DNA of 64,000 bases, taken from assembly GCF_006345805.1 (NCBI RefSeq), contig NC_043007.1:20336001-20400000 (forward strand), given 5' to 3'. This DNA is from Octopus sinensis. Taxonomy: Eukaryota. Position numbers and translations under genes: made by a program. Under the pieces are notes generated by a model that had not been told where the DNA came from, searched no databases, and was given only the letters and a program-made list of their open reading frames with translations. Numbering within the stretch: the stretch's first letter is position 1; every line of letters starts with the position of its first letter. Positions 33,501 through 45,500 of the stretch are shown here, in pieces.

Positions 33501-36500
33501 GTTAAGCAACAAGACGGGTAAGGGTGATTAGGTGATGGTCTAGGGCTTAGGGGCGGGAGACCCCAGACCTTGGAAAAAAAAAAAAACTTTGGACGTCTTG
33601 TTGTAGTCGAGGGCTCTTCGTTTGACACCCGACACCACTGGGAGGTGGCCCTCGAAGTCGCTGAAAATGGTGATATCCAGGTCCAAATTCTTGGACGGCA
33701 AGAATTTGCTGTTGTAGATGACATATGAGGGTTCTTATTTCTTTACTACCCACAAGGGGATAAACACAGAGGAGACAAACAAGGACAGACAAACGGATTA
33801 AGTCGATTATATTGACCCCAGTGCGTAACTGGTACTTATTTAATCGACCCCCGAAAGGATGAAAGGCAAAGTCGACCTCGGCAGAATTTGAACTCAGAAC
33901 GTAGTGGCAGACGAAATACTGCTAAGCATTTCGCCCGGCATGCTGCCTTTTGACATTTGACATTGACTAGATGCCACATGAGGGTTCTGCTATGCTTTGC
34001 TGGACAAGCTTGCACAGATGAGATGTTTATAGTGACTGAATGTTTGTGCTGTACATTAGCTCACTTCTACCACAAAATCAACATAGCTTTAAACAGGTGC
34101 TCAGTGGAATAATTTGAAAAATACATTTGCTCTTGAAAAAGTTTCAGTCATTATGTTTATACCATAAAAGAAATCATTTGTTCCCCACTATTTACTCTTT
34201 TTTACTCTTTTACTCTTTTACTTGTTTCAGTCATTTGACTGCGGCCATGCTGGAGCACCGCCTTTAGTCGAGCAAATCGACCCCAGGACTTATTCTTTGT
34301 AAGCCCAGTACTTATTCTATCGGTCTCTTTTGCCGAACCACTAAGTTATGGGGACGTAAACACACCAGCATCGGTTGTCAAGCAATGCTAGGGGGACAAA
34401 CACAGACACACAAACACACACATACATATATATATATACATATATATACGACAGGCTTCTTTCAGTTTCCGTCTACCAAATCCACTCACAAGGCTTTGGT
34501 CGGCCCGGGGCTATAGCAGAAGACACTTGCCCAAGATGCCATGCAGTGTGACTGAACCCGGAACCATGTGGTTGGTTAGCAAGCTACTTACCACACAGCC
34601 ACTCCTGCGGCTATATTTATTAATATTTGTTTGTCCTCTCTATGTTTAACCCCCTGTGGGCAATAAAGACATATATATATATATACTTATACATGCACTT
34701 ATACAAATTATATTCCACAGGCTCGTGCACGTGCTCGAAATGCAAGTTTCCTCATGCTAATTGACAGTGAAAAAGCACGACCATTTTTAACAGAACTCAA
34801 TACATACAAAAGAATAGAACAGGTAAATAATTTAAATGTTTTTTTTTTTTATATATATCTTTATGGAAACCTATATTTGTTTGGTAGAAATCTATATTTG
34901 TTCAGTAGCATGATAAAAAAAATTGCATGATAATTCTTTCCACCATAAGCACAGGCCTAAATTTTGTTGAGATGAAGAACACACTACATGATTGCATTGA
35001 CCACAATGCTCAACTGTTAACTTTTTTTTCCGTTGACTCTGAACAGAGAAAGGGAAAGTCAAACAGTGATGGGATTTGAACTCAGAATATAGATCCGAAA
35101 GAAATGCTTTTAAACATTTTGTTTATTGTGCTAACGATTCAGCCATCTTACCACCTTCAAAATTTTCAAGTAATACAACTAGAAATTTCTTGCTTTTTGT
35201 CACAAGTTTCCATAATCTTCAAGAAAGAGAAAAATTAGTTAAGGACATGGGGAAAAGAAAGATAAACTATATATATATATATATATATACATACATATAT
35301 ACAACAATATATATGAACGATAAACTATATATATATATATATATATATACATACATATATGCAATGGGCTTCTTTCAGTTTCTGTCTACCAAATCCACTC
35401 ACAAGGCTTTGGTCGGCTTAAGGCTATAGTAGAAGACACTTGCCCAAGGTGCCATGCAGTTGGACTGAACCCGGAACCATGTGGTTGGTAAGCAAGCTAC
35501 TTACCACACAGCCACTCCTACACCTATATTGAACGAAATAAATCTTGGGGATTTGATTTCTCTGCAACTCAGAGAAACCAATGTCAATACATTGCTATAT
35601 TAACATATGTTTTCTAGGAAACTGGTTTTCTTAGAAAGAATGTACTTTATTTTAAAGCATGTTGTCTGGTGCGAAGATGAAGTAGAGCATACAGTATTCG
35701 TCCATTAAAGTCTATATTTTTTTGTGTTGTTTCAGGTTTTATTGCGAAAATACATAAATAAAGCTGAGCCTTCCAAGGAAGAACTTATACAAATTCTTGA
35801 ACAGTACAACATCCCACAGTCGGTCGTTTTAAATACCAATAACAACACAAACAATAACAACAACAACAACAACAACAATTCTTCTTCTCCCATCACACTG
35901 TTTTCTGCCATCTCTATTGTTAACAGGTCAGTTAAACAAACTCTCTCTCCAAATTCTCTATCAAGAAATTATTATTTTCTACTCTAGGCACAAGGCCTGA
36001 AATTTTGGGGGAGGGGGCCAGTCGATTAGATCTACCCCAGTATGCAAGTGGTACTTAATTTATCAACCCCGAAAGGATGAAAGGCAAAGTCAACCTCATC
36101 AACATCCAGTACATTCAGTACATACTAAGTCGATTATATCAACCCCAGTGCGTAACTGGTACTTATTTAATCAACCCTGAAAGGATGAAAGGCAAAGTCG
36201 ACCTCGCCGGAATTTGAACTCAGAACATAGAGGCAGACGAAATACCGCTAAGTATTTCACCTGGCGTGCTAACGTTTCAGCCAGTTCGCCACCTCAAAAT
36301 TTTATGGGTTTCTACTTATTTTTTTTATAATGATGTCTAAACCAAAGATTAGACTTTTATTATAACTTGTCGATTTTCACTTGACCATTGTGAAGAATTA
36401 ACACCTTGCAATGACCCCACTTGTGCCAGCGCCATGTAAAAAGCACCCAGTATATTCTGTAAAGTGGCAATAAAAAAAGCATTCAGCCATAGAATCCATC

Positions 36501-39500
36501 CCAAAGCCGATACCGGAGCATCATGCAGCCCTGCAGTCCCCTGGATCCTGTCAAACCGTTCAACCTATAATAGCAGGAAAAATTGATGTTAAATAAAGAT
36601 GATGATTATGATGGTGACGGTGATGATATACTATTATTGTAATTGAAAGTTTAGTATTTTCTGTGATAAGTAAACTATAAACAAAGAAATTGTTCAGCTT
36701 ACAAATTATTTTCTTTTTATTCTTTTCTTCAGATACTGTGCTAAGTTACCTAGTGATGCCTTTACTCACCTCACACCCAAATGCACTGTTGAAAAGGTCA
36801 ACGTTAATAACGAAACCCATTATGTTGCTACTCTTAAACTACCAATCAATTCTCCAGTGAAGAAAGATGTTCAAGTATGTTACAAAACTAAATAACTTTT
36901 CTGCTTTTTTTTTTTTTAATTAAAGTTTCAGCTCAGAGCTGCGGCCATGTTGATGCGCCGCCGTTGCTTCATAACTTTCCAAATTCATTTCAGTGTTTGT
37001 TCATTCTCTGAGTGCTGCATCCTTCAAAACTTCCATGCTTTCTGAGATTCGCCAACACTACACCTGATTTTCTCCCCTCCATACACACACAAGCATGTAT
37101 CTGACTCATACACTGTTCACTTCCCAGACATTTGTACATTACTGCATATGCTTTATACGCCCTTTTGACAAGTTGTGGTGCACCTGAGCACTGTATACAA
37201 TAATTTCATTATTATATTATTATTACAACAAGGTGCTGGAAAGCTCCTAGCTTTGGGCAAAAGAAAATACAAGAAGATCAGTAAATTATCATTTTATTGA
37301 ACATATTCCCCTCTCAGATTCACACACTTATTGCAGCAGTCCTTCAGTTTTTCTAAGCCCTGTAAATTAAATTGGAAAGTTGAGCCTCTAACCAGGCCTT
37401 TTGCAATACCCTTAAAGCCAGGAACTTTTCAGCAACCCCCTTGTATATATTCTGTATACTATATTAAATTATATGTGAAGGTGCATGGCTCGGTGGTTAG
37501 AGTGTCGAGCTTACGATTGTGAGGTTGTAATTTGAGGAATATTGCTAAAATCAGAGCTGATTTGATATCAAATATATAATTTGATAAAATGTGATTAATT
37601 CTACCTTTATTAACTTATGAACTATTAAAAATGATTGTTGTAAAAATTCCATGAAATGTTGAACTGAAATTATACTTATTTTTACTTTAGGGAGATGTAA
37701 TGCCAAGAGAAAAGTTAGCTAAAATGTCTGCTGCGCTCAAAATGTGCCAAGAACTCCAAATTCAAGGTAAACAGAAAACTATTATTTGGAAAAATAATTT
37801 TTATACAGGCTTATCTCTGTGGTTAAGAAGCTTGCTTCCCAACCATATGTCTCTGGTTCAATCCCACTGCACAGTACTTTGGATAAGTGTTCTGGGCTGA
37901 CTAATACCCAGTGAGTGGATTTGGTTGACTGAAACTGGAAAAAGCCTGTCATATGTGTATGTGCATATATGTGTGTTTGTGTGTACCCTTCTCTTGATGT
38001 CATGGTTGTAAACGAGCATCACTGTCATACAGGTGAGTTTGTTCATTTCCAGTCATCCATGAAAAACCAGACATTTTGATGTGGTGTGAAAGAAAGAAAG
38101 TTGTGAATCTAGTCGAGTTAATGGTTCCTCATAAAGATAACATGGACGCCGCTCGGGCTCAAAAGATTGACCGTTATGTAAACCTCCTCGAGAAATGTGA
38201 AGATGCAGGCTGGAAAGCGGAGCATTTTCCAATGGAAGTTGGATATAGATGGTTTATTGGACACAGTGTTAGACGACTGTTATCGTTAGGCCTAACTCAT
38301 CATAAAGTCAATACAACCATGACCGATATCCAAACTACAGTGGAGAAGGCTAGCCACTGGATTTGGTTAAAAAGAGACGATGAGCGATGGCTAGGAAAAT
38401 ATTGAGCTTTACTGCACCAGCTTCACATAGCAGCCCTAGACCTTCACAGTAGGTAAATCCACTTTACATTAATATGTTTCTGATAAATTAACTCTTTTTC
38501 TTTACAGGAGAACTAGACGATCACTTCCTTCCGGTGGGGAAAGAGATTTTGAAGCATGAAGAGAAAGAAGCCCTAAAGGATCCTCTGAAATATGGGGAAG
38601 AAGATGAGGCAGAGTGGGAAGAAGAGGAAGAGGAGGAACTCATTGGCTGCCCAAGACCAGGCACCACAAAACGAAAACAGTATTACTTCAAAAAGGTACT
38701 TCTGTGTTTTTACTAGTTTAGAGTAGTACTTCTTTGGGGAGGTGAATGAATTCCATATCACACACACAAAAAGAAAAAAAACCAACATAATTTACAGAGA
38801 TTTATAGACTAAACCATTTGGCTTTTTAGATTCGTGTATCAAACTTTGAAATCCTACCAAAAGTTTATTTTCATTATGTAAAGTACAATTGTGTACAAGC
38901 ATAGGTGTGGGTGAAAAGCTTGCTTCTGAACCATGTGGTCTTGGGTTCAATCCTATTGCACAGCACATCTGGTTGGGAAGCAAAATTCTTATTTCTTTAT
39001 TACCCACAAGGGGCTAAATATAGAAGGGACAGACAAAGGGATTAAGCCGATTACATCGACCCCAGTGCGTAACTGGTACTTAATTTATTGACCCTGAAAG
39101 GATGAAAGGCAAAGTCAACCTCGGCGGAATTTGAACTCAGAACGTAAAGACAGATGAAATACCTATTTCTTTACTACCCACAAGGGGCTAAACATAGAGG
39201 GGACAAACAAGGACAGACAAAGGGATTAAGTCGATTACATAACTGGTACTTAATTTATCGACCCCGAAAGGATGAAAGGCAAGGTCGACCTCAGCGGAAT
39301 TTGAACTCAAAACATAATGGCAGACGAAATACCGCTAAGCATTTCACCCGGCGTACTAACATTTCTGCACCTGAACAAAGAAACATACATTAAGCTTTAA
39401 CCCTTTGTCATTTAATCCGGCCATATTCTGCCCAAATATTCTCCCTGTTCACGTTCAGACTGGCTTGATCATGCCTCTCACACCTGCCTTATGAAAATAT

Positions 39501-42500
39501 TCAATCATGTCATGAAAATCTCAAAGCTACAAGATAATAAATGATTCCATTGAAAACCATGTGAATAAATCAAATAAGAATTACATTTGACAGAGTAATC
39601 TGAACGCTAAAGGATTTTTTTTTTTTACATGTTTCAGTCATTTGACTGCGGCCATGCTGGAGCACCGCCTTTAGTCGAGCAAATCGACCCCGGGACTTAT
39701 TATTTTGTAAGCTCAGTACTTATTCTATCGGTCTCTTTTGCCGAACCGCTAAATGACGGGGACGTAAACACACCAGCATCGGTTGTCAAGCAATGCTAGG
39801 GGGACAAACACAAACACATACACATACACACATATATACGACAGGCTTCTTTCAGTTTCCGTCTACCAAATCCACTCACAAGGCACTGGTCGGCCCGGGG
39901 CTATAGCAGAAGACACTTGCCCAAGATGCCACACAGTGGGACTGAACACAGAACCATGTGGTTGGTTAGCAAGCTACTTACCACACAACCACTCCTGCGC
40001 CTATTTAACCCTTTAATATTTAATCCAGCCATATCCAGTTGAAATATTCTACTTGTTTTATGTTAAAACTGATCATATCCAGCCTCTCACACATCCCCGA
40101 CAATGTCATTCTAAAAATGTGCAAACACACCATTAAAATCACTGAGCTACTAGATAATGCATGATTAATTCAAAGCAATCTGGATAAATAAGCAATAGGC
40201 GCAGGATTGGCTGTGTGGTAAGTAGGTTGCTAACCAACCACATGGTTCCGGGTTCAGTCCCACTGCGTGGCATCTTGGGCAAGTGTCTTCTGCTATAGCC
40301 CTGGGCCGACCAAAGCTTTGTGAGTGGATTTGGTAGACGGAAACTGAAAGAAGCCTGTCGTATATATGTATATATATATGTGTGTGTGTATATGTTTGTG
40401 TGTCTGTGTTTGTCCCCCTAGCATTGCTTGACAACCGATGCTGGTGTGTTTATATCCCTGTCACTTAGCGGTTCAGCAAAAGAGACCAATAGAATAAGTA
40501 CTGGGCTTACAAAGAATAAGTCCCGGGGTCGATTTGCTCGACTAAAGGCGGTGCTCCAGCGTGGCCGCAGTCAAATGACTGAAACAAGTAATAGAGTAAG
40601 AGTAATAGATTTGACAAAGAAACCTGAAGGCTGAAGGGTGAAACACCTGTCTGCTTCTCTCATTCACTCATTTTCAAAACACTAGAACAAGAATGAATTG
40701 TCCTAATCTATTATATAAAATCTGTTCTGTCTGTCTGTGTGTGTCTTCTAGGGTCTCGGGCATCCTCCATCTGATTGCGCTCAAATTTGATATGTAGATA
40801 CCGACGGTATCAGGGCTTGTATAAGTCTTGAAAGAAATTACAAAAATTGATTCCAGGTGAGAATGTGATCAATAAAGCTGTGGGAACGTACATTTGTACG
40901 TGCAAGTATATCAGCTGTTGCGATGTACTTACTGGTACTTTAAACTCTTTGGTTGCATATTTATGTGAATAAAATCGTTTTTCTTTGGAATAGAAAAAAA
41001 AAGTCTATCTTTATTTCTTCTTTTGCTGGTATCTCAAATTTAGGTTAAATCAGTGTTTCTCAAAAGGGAGGCCTATGGGACGGTCGGACAAGTTGTTTTG
41101 TGAAAATTTGGTTTAAATGTTTGACAACTCAGCACCGTCCTTTGGAGGGGGGCGTTTTGGTCGTTGTATATAAAATGATATATACAGCCCCCTATAAGGC
41201 GGCGAGCTAGCAGAAACGTTAGCGCGCAGGGCGAATTGCTTACCGGTATTTCGTCTGTCGTTACATTCTGAGTTCAAATTTCGCCGAGGTCGACTTTGCC
41301 TTTCATCCTTTCGGGGTCGATAAATAAAGTACCAGTTTCGCAGTGGGGTCAATGTAATCGACTTAATCCCTTTGTCTGTCCTTGTTTGTCCTCTCTGTGT
41401 TTAGCCCCTTGTGGGTAGTAAAGAAATATATACAGCCCCCTATGTTCTAGGTGTTTATCAATATAGATCCTTTGAGAAATGAAATTATTTCTCCAGCCCT
41501 ACTTATAATTGTTTATTTGTTGATTCATGTCTGTCTTGTTCAGACTTTTTTCTTGTTGGATTCTCTTTTCCTATTTGACGTATTTAACGAAAAATTAATT
41601 CAATGGAGGATTTTTGTTTTTTTGTTCTTTATAGGCTGCAGATGCTCTGATTAACAACCATGTTGATACTAACCAGCTTTGTTGCTTATATAATATTCAT
41701 ATGGTACTGACTGGACCGATCACAGAAGAGCAAAATACACGTGGAAGGAAGATCTATGTTCCAGAAAACACACCAAGAGGGTTTGGAATCTTGTCTTTGA
41801 AAAACATTCCTCAGGTAAATAATAATAATAATAATAATCATCATCATCATTATTTAACGCCTGTTTTCCATGCTAGCATGGGTTGGACGATTTGACCGGG
41901 GATCTGGGAAGCCAGAAGGCTGCACCAGGCTCCAGTCTGATCTGGCAGTGTTTCTACAGCTGGATGCCCTTGCTAACGCCAACCACTCCGTGGGTGTTGT
42001 GGGTGCTTTTTACGCGCCACCTGCACAGGTGCCAGGCAAGGCTGGCAACGGCCATGATCGGATTGGTGCATTTTACGTACCACCGGCACAGAAGCCAGTC
42101 AAGGCAGCGCTAATAATAATTACAATAACAATCCTTTCTACTATAAGCACAAGGACTGTAATTTTGGTGGGGAGGAGTTCGTTGATTACATTGACTCTAG
42201 TACTTATCATCATCATCATTTAACATCCGCTTTCCATACCAGCATGGGTTGGACAGTTTGATCAGCCATGAGGCTGCACCAGGCTCCAATCTGATTTGGC
42301 ATGGTTTCTACAGTTGGATGCCCTTCCTAATGCCAACCGCTCCAAGAGTGTAGTGGGTGCTTTTTACGTGCCACTGGCATGGAAGCTAGTCAGGCAGCAC
42401 TGGCATAAGATCCACACAGATTAGTCATTGGAGATTATGGTATAATATCTTCTGTAAAACCTAATCAATTGTTTCTTGTTGCTCAGGTGCCGATTAGGAT

Positions 42501-45500
42501 TGATCCATATCTGTTGCTGTTGGGCAGGTGCACACGTTTTAAGCTCCATTTAAGACAACCTATGAATAACTGCCATTCACATGGTACATCATCATCATCA
42601 TCATTTAGCATCTGATTTCTATACTGGTATGGGTTAAGTGGTTTGACTGGAACTGGTAAGCTGGGGAGCTGCACCAGATTCCAATCTGATTTGACATGGT
42701 TTCTACGGCTGGATGCCCTTAACCCTTTAGTGTTCACATTATTCTGCCAAAATCAATGCTTTTTTATCCACATTGTTTTGAACTAATCATGCATTATCTT
42801 GTAGTTATGAGATTTTGATGAGGTAGTTGTTAATTTTTAAAACGATATTGTAGGGTTGGTGTGAGAAACCAGATCTGGCCAGTTCGAACATAAAACAGGC
42901 AGAATACTTTTGGCTGGATATGGCCGGTTTAATTGCTAAAGGGTTAATGGCAACCACTCCAAGAGTGTAATGGGTGCTTTTTACATGCCACCACCATAGG
43001 AACCAATTACGTGACACTGGCTTCACATCATTGTAAAAAATGAAGTCATTTTCCTCCAGGATGAAGAGCAGCAGCATCATCGTCGTCGTCATTTAACGTC
43101 CGCTTTCCATGCTAGCATGGGCTGGACGATTTGACTGTGGGCTGGCAAACCAGATGGCTGCACGAGGCTCCAGTCTTGATCTGGCAGAGTTTCTACAGCT
43201 GGATGCCCTTCATAATGCCAGTAAATAGAAAAATACTCTGTTAATAAATGCATTTCTCTTATTGATAAGTGTGTTAGCTGAAAACCTAAAGCTGCTAGAA
43301 ACGAAGTAAAGTCATATTTTTCTTTAGTGGTGTGAATACATAACTAGAATTGGGTCTAAACAGCACAGCTCCCATGACTTTCGGAAACATTTTTTCATGC
43401 TAAGAGTTGCCGAAGTATGGAACAAACTGCCAGCATCAGTTGTTAGTTGTCGGAGCACTGCATCCTTCAAAACTTCCATGCTTCCTGAGATTCGCCAACA
43501 CAACACCTGATTTTCTCCCCTCCATACACACGCAAGCATGTATCTGACTCATACACTGTTCACTTTCCAGACATTTGTACATTACTGCATATGCTTTATA
43601 CGCACTTTTGACAAGTTGTGGTGTACCTGAGCACTGTATACAATAATTTCATTATTATTTTTTTATCAAAATCTGAAGTACCAAAACACATTTTTAAATG
43701 CTTTGTGGCATTTCATCTGTCTTGATGTTCTGAGTTCAAATTCTGCCATGGTTGACTTTACCTTTCATCCTTTCAGGGTTGATAAAATAAGTACCAGTGG
43801 AGCACTTAGGTCGATGTAATCAGCTTACCCATCCCCCATAAATTGCTGGGTTATGCCAACATTTGAAATCAATCATAAATCTGTATGAATAATTTTGGGA
43901 CAATTTCTCTCTCAACAGGTTCCATGTTTTCCAGTATATACTCGTTCTGGAGAGGTAACTGTATCTCTTGATATGGTTGAGTCAAATGTATCAATAAATG
44001 AAAGTCAACTGAATAAGCTGACAATTTTTCATCGGTTTGTGTTCAGCACAGTACTTCGACTAGAGAAGGATCCTATTGACTTTATGCCTGACGAAGCAAA
44101 AGTGGGTTATCTTATAGTACCTTTGATAGAAGGTTTGTATTTTTCTTTTGTGACTATCTTATTTCGTTTGAACTGGAAAGCAAGAAGCAGTTGTAGTTAT
44201 GTGAGGTTTCACTTTCATTCTCAGAAAACTTACATGCATTACATTTCACACTATGTCTCCTTTCTGTATGCGTATGTATGTATGTATGCATGTGTGTGAG
44301 TGTATATGTATATATGTGTGCATATATATATATGTGTGGAGGCGCAATGGCCCAGTGGTTAGGGCAGCGGACTCACGGTTGTAGGATCGCGGTTTCGGTT
44401 CCCAGACCAGGCGTTGTGAGTGTTTATTGAGCGAAAGAAAACACCTAAAGTTCCACAAGGCTCCAGCAGGGGTTGGTGGCGATCCATGCTGTACTCTTTT
44501 GCCACAACTTCCTCTCACTCTTTCTTCTGTTGGCCTGCTCGCTTAGCCAGCGAGGTGGCATCATTTGAAGGCTAAAACAATGTGAAGCACATTGTGACCA
44601 GCGATGTGTAGCAACATCTGATAGCCTGGTCAGTCACGGTGATCACGGTGATGTATATATGTATGTGTTCTAATTGTTAGTAGCGAGGTTATAAAATCTC
44701 TGATTGGATTTAGAATAAATTTAGAGCTGACTTTTAACGAAGCTTTAAATGAGAAATTAAATTACCATCTAAAATGTTTTATTTCAGAAGATATTAATTA
44801 TTAGAATTTATCCAAATTGCTGTTGAATAGTAATTGATTTCAGATTAGACGGTTGTGTTTGGATCATGTCTCAGTACTGTCTGTGCCAAGATCTTGTACA
44901 TTTAGAATTCGAAACAAGATTAGCAAATGAAAATGCAAAACTGTATAAACTTAAGACCAGTTCAAGTATACTTGTCACCAGTTCGAATATGTTTGAGTGA
45001 TATTTGAACCTGTGAGGGCTTGTCACTGCAGTTTGACTCCAGACAAACTGCAGTGACAAGCCTTTACAAGTTCAAATGTCTTTCAAAGCTTGTATGCTTT
45101 TCTTCACTGCTTCAGACATCTACTTATGTAGTAACAAAAATGGTTAAAGATAAATATAATGGAAATTTTCTTTGTGTAAGTGGGATGAGCATCTATTCAC
45201 CTAAAATTAGTGGATATTATAAAATTTTATATTCAGCTTCTTTGATTTAGAGATGCAATGCTTAACCCTTTAGTGTTCGCATTATTCTACCAAAATTAAT
45301 GCTTTTTCATCCACATTGTCTTGAACTAATCAGGCATTATCTTGTAGCTATGAGATTTTGATGAGGTAGCTGTTAATTTTTAAAACGATATTGTAGGGTT
45401 GGTGTGAGAAACCAGATCTGGCCAGTTTGAACATAAAACAAGCAGAATACGTTTGGCCGGATATGGCCGGTGTAAATGCTAAAGGGTTAAATATATACAT

